Below the pieces are notes generated by a model, which saw only the letters and a list, made by a program, of their open reading frames with translations, did not search any database and had not been told where the DNA came from. This document shows, piece after piece, positions 19,995 to 31,890 of a stretch of 54,643 nt of DNA. Each line of letters opens with the position of its first letter. Position 1 is the stretch's first letter. This stretch comes from Salpingoeca rosetta (Eukaryota; Protista; Choanoflagellata), in NCBI GenBank assembly GCA_033442325.1, contig JAWQFM010000006.1:1549785-1604427 (forward strand), given 5' to 3'. A program made the translations under genes and the position numbers.

Positions 19995-22103
19995 TCACTG
20001 CACGTGTGGAGAGCGGGGCGGCCAAGGAAGCGCGGCGAGAAGAGGAAGCACGACGATGGTGACGAGCATGCCCAGCAGCTTTCGCAGCACCTCTGTTGGT
20101 TGGTGGTGTTGGGGGCGAATGTGAGAAAGGGCAATGTGGGGGGGGGGAATCGATCAACCATGGAGGAAAACAAGCAAGAGCACAAGTGCGAGTACACGAA
20201 AGAGCATGCACCACACACCACACACACACACACACATCACACACACACACACATACACACCCACACCCACACCCACACCCACACCCACACACACACACAC
20301 CCACACACCCACACACCGGCAGCGGAGAGGGTGTGTGAGTCGCTCTCCTCTTGCGATATTGGAATGAAATCCCGCCAGGAAATGCCGGACAAAAACTCCC
20401 AGACAAATGACACCTCGTCTTCATCACCACCACCATCGTCACCACCACCACCACCACCATCATCACTGCCGCCGCTACCAGCAGGAAGACTGGGTGCTTT
20501 CGCGTGGCGGCGGCGTTGGCGCGGTGACGGCGAAGGAATCGGCGTTCCCATGAGCAGACCGTGATCGTCGTCGTCATCACCGCCATCGCCCGCAGTTGCT
20601 GAAAACGTGCCCACATCCTGCAGCTGCGACCCCCTGGTGGTGGGCACGGCCTGTGCCGGGGTGGGCGCATCAACCGTACTGCTGCTGCTGCTGCTGCTGC
20701 TGCTTGCACGACCCGATGATGACGACGACGATGATGATGATGATGTACCTTGCTGGGAGGGTGGTGCTGCGGTGGCTTTGCTGCGCGCCTTGGAGGTCGC
20801 GCGAGTGTTGCGCCCAGTGGATGAGGAGAACGGCGCTGACACGGTCGCCCATGCGGCAGATGCGCGGCTGGCGACAGCGGTACACGCAGACAAAATGCGG
20901 GGTGGAACGTAGCGGCGCACGCGCGCAGCGGCGGCGGTGGCCATGTGGTTGTAGAAGGCCTGAAATGCGCGCAGCAGGGCGGCGGGATCGGTGGACTGCA
21001 CGTGCGCGTGCACGACGCGCGCCATGGCCACGAGGTCATCTGTGGCCAAGTTGGATGCAGCCTTACCCGGATGGCTCTTCACCCACAGCTTGACAAACGT
21101 GCGGCGTGTGAGGAACACAAACACGACGTGCTTGCGCAACGCCTGGTCTGTTGGCGGGTGCGCTGCTTTGTTCTCCGCAGGCAGCAGCGATGGATCCCAC
21201 ATCAGCACGCACGTCTCGTCGCCTACAATGTGTGTGTGGGTGTGTGGGTGTGGGGGTTGGGGTTGATCGTGTGAGTTTGTGTGTATGTGTGGAATCGTGT
21301 GTAATTGGAATTGTGTGTAATCGTGTGAATGTGTGAGCGAGTGAGTAGACAAGATTACAAGCGCAAGCAAACGATACGACAACGAACAACAGTGCACACA
21401 CACGCACACACACACGCGCGCGCACAACAATGCATACACACACGCACAAGCCAGCAGTGACGAGGAAACGACGGCTACAAGAACACCACAACGTACCGAT
21501 GGATGGGGAGGTGGTGGTGACGTTGAGGAGCACCATGTGCGGCACAAGCGTCTGCACCTGCTTGTCCCAAAAGTACCAGTAGTACGCGCGCGCGTGGGCC
21601 TCGGAGCGGAAGGTCTTGGTGACGAGGATGGCAGAATCCAGCGTGTCGGGGAAAGAGGGGAGGCGCTTGGCCTTGTACTTGGTCTCCACGCACTGCATGC
21701 CGCGGAAGTGCTTGAAGCCCACGTCAACGTCGGTGCCGTAGTCCCCACAGCTCTCGGTCTGCTCGATTGGCGAAGAAAGAGAGGCAGCAGCGAGTTGTGC
21801 AGTGCGTGGTCAGTGTGGCGAAGCAAGCAGTACAAGTGATTACGCATGCATGCATTGGCTGTCTGCTTTTGTGCGTCGTGGGGGCGCTCTCTGGCTAACG
21901 TACAACATGTGGACACACAAACGGAGCGGCCCAACACAAAAAGAGCTGCATACAACACACAGGGTCGCGCACACCACACAAACAACACCCAAGCGTACAC
22001 ACATACAGACACACAACACATCCACAAGTAGTCGACAGCAAACACACACACAGACGCACAGGCACACGCATACAGACACACAATACATCCACAAGTAGTC
22101 GAC

Positions 22104-22139
<36 letters not shown>

Positions 22140-22529
22140 CACAGACAGCGTCATGCTCACCGTAGCGTGGTAGGAGACGTTGGTCAAGGTGAACCCTTGG
22201 TTCCTCGCCAGCTCTGAGGGGACCGGGTGAATGGATTCCAGGTCCGTGGTGCCGAGGCCGAAGAACCCAATGACGAGGATGGCGAGTGCAGCCACCATGC
22301 TGGCGGTGATGCAGCCCATGAGCAAATTGGAAATGCTGAAGAAGTCGGCAAGAAGCTCGCGCATGATCGGGCCTGCACGTGCTCTGAAGGGCAGCGCAGC
22401 GCCATGGCCAGCAAGGCCTCCAGCGCCTGTGCTGCCAGCGCCAGTGGCAGTGGCACCAGCTGTTGTGCCGCTGCTGAGTGATGACGCTGTTCTCCGCACG
22501 CGCTGCTGCTTCTTTCGTTTGGCCAGCAT
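19995..22529 (-). CDS. Hypothetical membrane protein (N-terminal basic patch, TM segment, globular domain, Ser/Gly/Asp low-complexity region, C-terminal TM); exons 22529-22161, 21758-21497, 21222-20317, 20092-19995
   Basis: Phase-consistent GT-AG splicing gives one open frame from MLAKRKKQQR... to ...LLGMLVTIVVLPLLAALPWPPRSPHVQ*. Coding-like codon usage. No family recognised with confidence. Confidence 0.7.
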
Positions 22530-22589
22530 CGCCGCGGCGGTTTCCCAACAGACCACTGTCACGTGTGTAACCACGACAACAACGCAAGA

Positions 22590-22624
<35 letters not shown>

Positions 22625-23346
22625 AGTAGGGGGTCTGAAGTGCACAGAAGAGCAAGTTGAAGGCAAGGATGTGTGTGTGTGTGTGTGTGGTGCAGGCACA
22701 GAACAGCACAGTGTGCTGCTCTCGTCATCACGTCATCGCATCATGTCTCGCCAACACTACACCACCACCACCACCACGCAAAGACAACAACAGCAGCGCA
22801 GCACCTGCCTGCGCCAGCAACGTTGAGATGTGCGAAGCGTGTGCCGTTGCGCCACTCTGTTTTATGATGTCGCAAGCCGAGTTTTGGTTTGCGCGTTTTT
22901 TTGCTGACGAACGAATCGTTGGTGGCGATGGCAGCGAAGACGATGCCTTCGATGCACCGATGCGCAGCTACAACACCCGCAAACATGGGGGTTTGCTGAC
23001 CACATTCCAAGGACAAGACAACAAGAACACACGAGACAACAACAACAACAAGAAGAGCACTGCGTTGTTGTTGTCGCTGAAGGAGGGCTGAGGAGAGCAG
23101 CAACTTTGGCGTCGCCCAAACTTACCCCCTCCCCTTGAGTTGCTTGCCAGCCAACCAGACTCGGCAGCGAACGCGAATGCACCACACACAGCAAACCGTT
23201 TGACGCATTCATTGCCCACAAACCCCACACCACACACATCAACACACACCCCACTCAGCACACCACAAACAGCAACTACAACCACAGCATCCACACCACA
23301 CCAACAACCGAGATCATATCACCCAGCACACCACAACTGCAGCAGC

Positions 23347-26300
23347 ATGAGGGTGTTGCGACTCGCCCTGGTGGCGATCGTTGTGGCGACCATCACCGTG
23401 GCAGCGCTGCCAAGGTCAACAGCAGCGGCATCATCACACCAGCCCAGCCAACAGCTCGTTCGACGAGATGAAACACAACAACAGCAACAACAGCAACAAC
23501 AGCAGATCCTTGATCTCTCGGCCACCAGTGAGTGTTCATGTGCAGTTGTTGGAACACTTGTGCATCCTGTATATCCTGTGCATCCTGTATATCCTGTGCA
23601 TCCTGTACATCCTGTACATCCTGTACATCCCGTGTTGTCTCGCTTCATGCACCCACCTGCCTTCCAGTTCACGGCTCAATCGCCTCACCCTCTTCTTTTC
23701 ATCCCTCCCCCCCCCTCTCCGCTCTTCCCTGTCTTCTTCTTCTCCTCCTCTCTTCTCACCTTTATTCTTCCCTTCTCGCCGCGTCTTTCCCATCTCCAAC
23801 TTCTTCCACCTGCTTCTCACCCTTTCGCCTCTTCTCACACCTCTCCATCACCTCACTTCTCCATCAACTCACTGTGCCTCCACACACCAAAATGTTTTCA
23901 GATGCGTGGGTGGTGCCCCACGCTGCGCTGGACAGCATCGTCGTCAGCACCGTCATCACCACCAGCCTGGAGGCATGCCTTGACGCGTGCGACACAGAGG
24001 CGCAAAGCTGCCGCAGCGTCAACTACCGCGCCCTCTCCGATACATCAAACTCAAACCGCGAATGCAGCCTGCTCGCATCCAACATCACGCTGGCGTCCCT
24101 GCAGCGCGGGGAGAACGTGGGCACACACGCACAGCGCAAGGCGGAGGCATACTCCTGCCCAAATGGCACCTACATCAACCACGCCGGATCATGCCGCGCC
24201 ACATCCACGTGCCAGCCCACCCAATACGAGCGGTTTCCTGCCGCAGCCATCGCCGACCGCGTCTGCGCCTCGTGCGAGCAAGGGTACACGGGTCTGGTTG
24301 CCAGCACGGAGTGCACCGAGGCCATCCACATCTCCTTCGATATGATTGCGTCGCCATCGTCCCCTTCATCAGCAAACGCCAGTGCAAACGCCAACACGTC
24401 CTTGCTGACGCCCGCCAACACCGCGGACGTCATTGCCGCCACAATCATCGACCTGCGCAATCGCATCAACGCCAGCAGCCCAACGCTGCTCATGTGGCGA
24501 TCCGCCACCATCAACGGCGACACGGCTACCGTCTCCTTCTACGTGGCGTACACCGAGCAGGCCGACGCCCTGCGCAGGGTCGTTGTTGACCAGGCATTTG
24601 CCTTCACCGACACCGCAAACAACATCACGCTGACGGCGGTGGCGGCATCGTTTGTTGCTGTCGATCCCAACGACACCGGCAATGGCGATGGTGACGGCGA
24701 CGGTAGCGGGGGGCGAGCGCTGTCGCTGACGCTCTGGCTCGTCATTGGCGCGGTGCTGCTGGCGGTGGTGATTGCGCTGGCCACCGTGCTGCACTGCCGC
24801 GCACGCGCGCGCCTGCGCCTGAACGAAGACAGCGTGGAGAAGCAGTACTTCTACGGCGACCCGCACCAGCAGTCCCAGCAGCTGCACGAGCAGCACGAGC
24901 ACATGAACCCGCACGACCCCGCCGTCACAAAGAAGAAGCAACAGAGGCAGAAGCAGAAGCAAAAGCAACAGCAACAACAGCAGAAGCCACGCCGGCAAGA
25001 CAAGCGATCTTCCTCTGGCAGCGTGGTGGCGGATTTGATGGAGCTGCAATACCCACCAACCGTGCGCGGCACACGCAAGCAGCGCAGGGCAAGCAAGCAG
25101 CAGCAGGCGTACAACGAGGAGATGGTGTCGCACCTCCACACGTGGAAGAAGCTGTCCCTCACGCCTGCACTGCCCATGGATGAGACGGGAAAGACGAAGA
25201 ACCCCATCTACGATGAGCTCTCGATTCGCAGCCGCGCAATGTCCACCGCATCCTCCCGCGCCCCAACGGTATGTGTGTTGCTGTCTGGGGGTGAGGGATG
25301 GGGGTTGTTGTTTGCTTGTGTGTGTGTGTGCGTGCGTGTTTGTGTTTGTGTGTGTGTGTGTGCGTGTGTGTGTGTGTTGTTTTGTTTGCTTGTGTGTGTG
25401 TGTGCGTGTGTGTGTTGCTTTGTTTGCTTGTGTGTGTGTGTGTGTGTGTGTTGCTGTGTGTGTTTGTTTGCGTGACTTTCCGCATTTCGACACCGAATCA
25501 CTGACGACTGTTTGTGGTATTGCTTTGCATCACCAGGTCATGTCTGCGTCGTCCACAAGGACTTCCCGAGCAGGTACCAACCGGCGTTTGCACGATGATG
25601 CTCTTCCTCTTTGTGTGCAAAATGTCAGCTGCTTGTTGTTCACACTCTCAAGCATGTGCACAAACGCACACACACACACTCACAACACTCACACTCACGC
25701 ACATGTACACACACTCACACACTCACACACTCACACACGCACACTCACGCACACAACACGTACAGCAACGCCCAATCCACAAACACATGCGCTCGAGGCG
25801 CCAGACGCATACGAAACACTCGACGATATCCGACCTCAGCAGCAGGAGCAGGAACAGGGAGAGCAGGCACAGCATGAGCAAGCGCAGGCGCAACGACAGG
25901 ACCAAGAGCAAGTGCAAGCAAAACAGGAGCAGGAGGAAGCACAGCCCGAACCGCACGTGCGAACGTACGAGGAGCCCGTGTACGATCGGGCGCGGTCGGC
26001 AAGCTCATCGTCCAACGCAACACAGGGCATCCCATCCCGCAACACATCCACGCGCCAGCAGCGGCGGCAGCAGCGCGGAAGTGGCGGCGATGATGGTTAC
26101 GACCGAGCCGAAAACATCATTGCACCAGAGGCGCTTGCAGCCGTGCGTGAGGAAGCGCAGGAGGACGAGGAGGAGGACAGAGGAGACAGCGGTGAGGATG
26201 GGCCGTATTACTCAAACATCAAGGTCACCGATGCGGATGTGGAGGTGATGGATGACGCCGAGGGTGGCATACCTGCAGGCACCACGGAGCCGAAGCCCTC

Positions 26301-27102
26301 CGCAGCTGCTGTGGATGGAGACGGAGACGGGCCATACTACTCCAACATTGCCGAGGCCGCTGCTCCTGATGATGATGATGATGACGACGACGATGACGAC
26401 GATAATGGACGGTACACCAAGATGCTGGATGAGGGCGATGTGGCAAACAACGTTGGAGGCCGAGCACGAGACGACAAGGAAGAACAAGCGGGAGAACCGG
26501 AAGAGGAAGAGGATCCATATGACAACACCGTGTCGCACTACCACAACCTGGATGATTTGGGCAACACCAAGTACCACGATTTTGAGTTGGACGAGACGAA
26601 GACGACCGCCACGTCGTTCAGTGCTGATGCGCTCGAGGATGTCAACACCAATATCACCGCTCTCCTCACACAGGTGTGTGTGCTTGTTGCATGTGTGCAT
26701 GTGTGCTTGCATGTGTGCTTGTGTGCTTGCATGTGTGCTTGCATGTGCGCATGTGTGCTCGTGTGTGTGCGCTGGCATGTGTGCATGTGTGCATGTGCTC
26801 GTGTGATGTGGCTTGATTTGATAAACGCTTTGCTCGTGGCTGAACTGAGCAGACTCACACCACTGCCCTTCTTGTTGTGCACAGGCAAACGCGTTCGATT
26901 TGCGCCTGGACCCAACACAGTTTGTCTTTCGCGGCGTTGTTGGCGAGGTGAGCACAGGTGGTGTGAATTGTCACAGCTGCAGTGGTGTCACACCGTAAAC
27001 AGCGTGCTGGAACTGTGGCGTGGCTGCTGTGTTAGTCTCACTCAAACTCACATCTGCGTACGCATGCTCACACACACAACCCCCCCCCCCAAAAAAAAAA
27101 CC

Positions 27103-27191
<89 letters not shown>

Positions 27192-27817
27192 CGCATAAAC
27201 GTGTTTCAGGGCGACTTTGGAACACTGGCAAAGGCAAAGTTGGTGCCGCGTGACGGCGACGATGAGCGCTCTGTGATGACGCTGGTGTTTCTCACCGATG
27301 ACTTTGCACACAAGGGCACGGTCTTGCTCGAGCTCGCCCTGAAGCTCAAGGAGATTGACTGCAACTACGTGAGTGGCCACTGTGATGTACTTGGGCATTG
27401 TTTGCGAGTTCCGCATGTGCTCTTTCCATTCAGTTTGCAGCACACAAGAGTACAAGTAAGTACAAGCGCACGTCTGCACGATACACTCACTCTCACACCC
27501 CCACTTCACACATCCACCCGTTTCCACGTGTGCACAGGTTGTCGACTGTTTGGGCATTGCCTTGCAGCAGCCAAAGCTGATGGTGGCGCTTGAGTTTGCC
27601 ATGGGCGATACGCTCCAGTCGTACTTTGCGCAAGATGACCGCAATGATGAGCAGACGCTCATGTACTTCCAGGACATGCTGCTTGGGCTGCAATTCTGCC
27701 ACAAGCACGACGTGTTGCACACCGACCTGCGGAGGTGTGTGCTGTCGTGTGGGATGGGTGTGGAAGGCGGAAGAATCGGTTCTTTCGCTGTGGATGGCGC
27801 AGCCTTGTTGAACACAT

Positions 27818-27852
<35 letters not shown>

Positions 27853-29893
27853 AGTGTGTGTGTGTTTGATTTGTAGTCTCATGTGGCTGACACGTGTTTG
27901 TTGAACACCCCTGTTGTTGCTGCTGCAGCGCACATGTTTGGTTGTGCAAGGGCCAGGCCAAGTTGTTTGACTTTGGATTTGGCCGTCGCCTCTCCGTGAA
28001 GGACGACAACCTCTCTCTCAGGTGCGCATGCCTGCGTGCGTGGATGTTTGTGTGTGTGGATGTGTGTGTGTGTGTGTGTGTGTGTGGATGTGTGGATGTG
28101 TGTGTGTGTGTGGATGTGTGGATGTGTGTGTGTGTGGATGTGTGGATGTGTGGATGTGTGTGTGTGTGGATGTGTGGATGTGTGGATGTGTGTGTGTGTG
28201 TGTGTGTGGATGTGTGATTGTTTTGCACACGTGTCCCTGTCTTGCTTATGTGGAATGTGAAAATGATGGCACAGGCGTGACACAACAACTCTAATATCCC
28301 CAACCAACCCCCGTCACACACGCACACGCGGCCAATGTGTTAACAGGTGGATGGCTCCCGAAGTGTCTGTTGAGCGCAAATACACGAAGCAGGGCGACGT
28401 GTACAGTGCTGGTATGGTGCTGTACGAGTCTGCGCTTGGAGGCGAGCTGCCCTTCAGCGACAAAATGTGGACGGCAAAGGAAATCATGCAGCACGTGCGC
28501 AATGGGTTCCGCGCGCCAAAGCCACGCGGGCTGGCGCAAAGCCTGTATGACATGTGTTTGTCGTGCTGGTCGGAGGATCCGGCGTGCCGGCCATCCATCG
28601 CGCAGATGCTGTCTGACATTCAGCTGTCGTTGCAGCATGCCCGGGAGCAAGCAGAGGCACTCGCGGCAAAGCGGGGCACCTCAATGCGTGCAAGCACACG
28701 CCTGTCACCGGCATCTGCGGCCTCTGTGCGGCGGCGCGACCAGCAACAGCACCATCAGAAGCACGCGCACGCCCAACGCGCAGGAAACGCGTCCACAGCC
28801 GCATCGACATCGACATCGACATCGCCGCTGTCGGGGCTGTCGCGGGAGGCGCCGCGTGCGCGCTCGCGCAAGGCGACAAACACGCTGGCTGCAATGGCCG
28901 GGCGGCTGTCACGCTCCGCATCCAACGCAGCAAGTCTGGCGCATCAGGACTCGCAGAAGTCCATTGCCTCCGACGGCACGGACGAGTGGGCGCACATTGC
29001 CAAGACAGGGTCGCTGGCGCCAGGAAACCGGCAGGCGTCGAACGTGTCGCAGGTGAGCGGGTTCAGCGACGTCAACTACTCGAGCGCCATGGCGAGCCGG
29101 TCCAACTCGTACTACACGATGATGGGGGACGTGAATGTGCCGCAGCGGCAGTCTGCGATTTCGCTTGGTGGACGGAGCGACCAGTTCCGTGCAGGCAAGG
29201 AACAGCACCAGCAGATGCAGATGGAGCAGCAAATGCAACAGCAACAAGCGCAACAGCAACAAGCGCAACAGCAACAAGCGCAACAGCAACAAGCGCAGTC
29301 AGAGCGAGAGTATGTGCAAGAGCAGCAGCAGCTTGTGAAGCGGAGGGAGTCTGGGTACGTGCTGTCCACCAACTGGAACACCAACACGACTGCCCCGGCG
29401 ATGGCTGGGTATCTTCCCATGCAGGGTGCAGGCATGACGATGAGCGGGCACCCGGACGCGCCGCCCGCAACGGCAGCGGACAGCGCAAGGAAGACGTCGG
29501 CGCCGTCACCAACAGCACCAGCAGCGGCAACAGCGTTGCTGCAGCAGACAGCCGTGGGCGCACCACCCCAGCGCAAGCGCACAGGCTCGCCCTTGTCTGC
29601 CGTTGCGGGCGCTGATGATGGCGACGCGGCACAGAATGTGGGCACGCTTGACCGCAGCTTCAGTGTGAATCCACGGCTGTCGATGAAGAGGACCCCTGGT
29701 GCGGAGGAGAGCCCATACGAGGAAGGATGCATGGCACCGGCAGCAGTCAACGTTGTCAACCTCCCACGCGCCGTTCAAGTGCAGGTGCGCGAGCGTGTGT
29801 GGGTTGAGGGGGGGGGGGAATTACGTGTTCGTGCGTGTGTGTGTGTGTGTGTATGTGTACCCGTGTGCGTGCGTGCGTGTGTGAGTGAGTTGG

Positions 29894-29933
<40 letters not shown>

Positions 29934-31406
29934 TGTCTGTTTGTATGAGTATTTGTGTAATTTGCGTGTGTGCGAGTGTGTTTTTGTGTATTTGTGTGTT
30001 TGTGTCTGTGTTTGTGTAATTTGTGTGCGTGTGAGTTGGGGGATTGTGTGAATTCTTGTTGGTGCTGTGGCTGTGCCTTCGTGTAGTGGACGGCGCAACA
30101 GCGCGACACCATCCCGCGTTGCTTCTGTTTGCTGACATGCACTTCTTGTTTTTGTGGTTGTTGTGCACAGACGCACGAGTACGAGGACATGGGAGAGCAA
30201 ATGCACTCGCGAACGCCGACGCCACCGCAAGTGACGGACGCAACGACAGCAGAGAACGACGCGCCCCCACCGCTTGTGCAGCGCGACAGCGACATCATCC
30301 TCGGCCCCAGCATCCTGCGAAAGCAAGGCATGTTCAACTCACCGGCCAATGACACGCCCGACGCAAGCAGGAAGGCGACATTGCGCAATGATGGCGGGCA
30401 GGATGCGCTGGCAGCGATGACGTCATCCGGTGAGCAGGAGCAGCTGGACGAGATTTACCACAACATGGCGACGCGCACGGTTCCAGAGGGCCAGGCGCCC
30501 GTGCTGGTTGAGGCTGTGGGCAACGACTCTGACGATGAGGATGCACCTCGACCACAGGGGCTGTCGGACAACAACTACCTCACGCCGCGCGCGTACCTGG
30601 AGCCTGAGTGGCTGCACGGTGTGCTGTCTCGCAAGGAGGCAGAGGTCCTGATCAAGAGCAAGTTGCAGGGTGGCGGTGTTCCTGGCTGCTACTTTGTGCG
30701 CAGGAGGGCGGAGTCTGATCACTTTGTCATCACCGTCATGACAGACTGGTCAACCGTCGAGCACTTTCTCCTGGTGGGTGTACGTGTTGGGGGTGTTGGT
30801 TCAGGTTGGGGTGGGGTTGGGGGGTTGGGTTGTGTGTGTGTGTGTGTGTGTGTGTTGAGTGTGCGTTGAGTGTGCGTTGAGAGTGCGTTGGGTGTGTGTG
30901 TGTGTGTGTGTGTGCGTGTGTTGAGTTTGTGTGTTGAGTGTGTATTTTGTGTGTATTTTGTGTGTGTGTGTGTGCTGGGTGGCAATGGAGGAGGAATCGT
31001 CATTGTCGGTCATTCATGCGTACGTGAGCGTGTGTATTTTGCTTGATCTTGTGTGGTTGCGCTCTCCATCGCTTCCAAACACGTCGTTCTTTTGTGCATG
31101 CTCACCTCCATTCTGGCAACGTGCTGATTGATGCAGACATACGATCCCCAAGCCGGGTGGTACCTGAACAACGATGTGAGTGCGGCGTGCGGTAACCCGA
31201 GTGACAACCTTGTGTTTGTGCTTGAGAAGCTGCGTGAGAAGCGCGGTCGCTGGCGGCTGCCGCTGAACGCGCCCGTGACGTGCTTCAAGCGGCGGGACGA
31301 GATGGCACAGCCCGTGGCAGAGACACGTGTGGCCCGGGGCTCGGACATGCGCGCATCGCAGCAGTTCCAGCGCAACGCGACCGCAAGAAGAAGCACCCTG
31401 CTGTGA
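23347..31406 (+). CDS. Receptor tyrosine kinase-like protein (signal peptide, PAN/apple, Cys-rich repeat, TM, Tyr-motif-rich juxtamembrane region, degenerate TK domain, low-complexity linker, C-terminal SH2); exons approx. 23347-23527, 23902-25269, 25538-25573, 25766-26673, 26885-26947, 27210-27369, 27538-27734, 27929-28021, 28347-29784, 30171-30773, 31137-31406
   Basis: Signal peptide MRVLRLALVAIVVATITVAA; PAN motif SLEACLDACDTEAQSCRSVNY...ECSL; TM LWLVIGAVLLAVVIALATVL; kinase motifs GEGDFG, HTDLRSAH, DFG, LRWMAPE, GDVYSAGMVLYE, CWSEDPACRPS; SH2 WLHGVLSRKEAEVLI...GCYFVR. Confidence 0.85.
23561..23629 (+). repeat. 9-bp tandem repeat (C/T)ATCCTGT(A/G) in receptor intron 1
   Basis: Seen directly; about 7 copies. 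Confidence 0.85.
27102..27192 (+). repeat. (AAC)n trinucleotide tract before a splice acceptor
   Basis: Seen directly. Confidence 0.95.
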
Positions 31407-31890
31407 GAAGGGGGAGACCCTGCTGTGAGAAGGGTGTGTGTGTGCTGTTTTGGTCTTTTTCTTGTTTGCGAACTTGTAGCATTGCATGACGATTTTGTTG
31501 ATATTTGGTGATTAGCACCAATCAGGAGATTGAGGGATGCGCGCGGGTGTTGTTGGGGTGTGTGGGAGATGGACTGGCTGAACCTGTTGTGTTTGCATGG
31601 AGGCAAAGGGGGGGGGGGAGGGGGTGATGCGAGGAAGGTCGTGGTGGTCGTGTGGTTGGTGTGGTTGTCGCTGTGCTTGGTTCTGTTGACATACACGTAC
31701 TGAATTCAGTTTCCACCCCCGAAAACGCCACAACGAAAAACGAACAAGCACACAACAACAACAGCGAGACAAGCAAGAGGTGCTGTGGTGTGTTGTTGGG
31801 GGCAGACCTGACCGACCAACACCACTTTGCTTTACATCATCACATCACGGCGGCGCTGGGTGCAGGCACAATACATAGATAGACAGATTG

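Noticed and set aside
19995-19997. TGA followed by TGC as a possible selenocysteine or readthrough codon
   Set aside because: No selenoprotein-like fold or recognisable SECIS; the extension has no supporting features.
23035-23075. 12-bp inverted repeat GACAACAACAAC/GTTGTTGTTGTC
   Set aside because: Built from low-complexity trinucleotide repeats and expected by chance in this genome.
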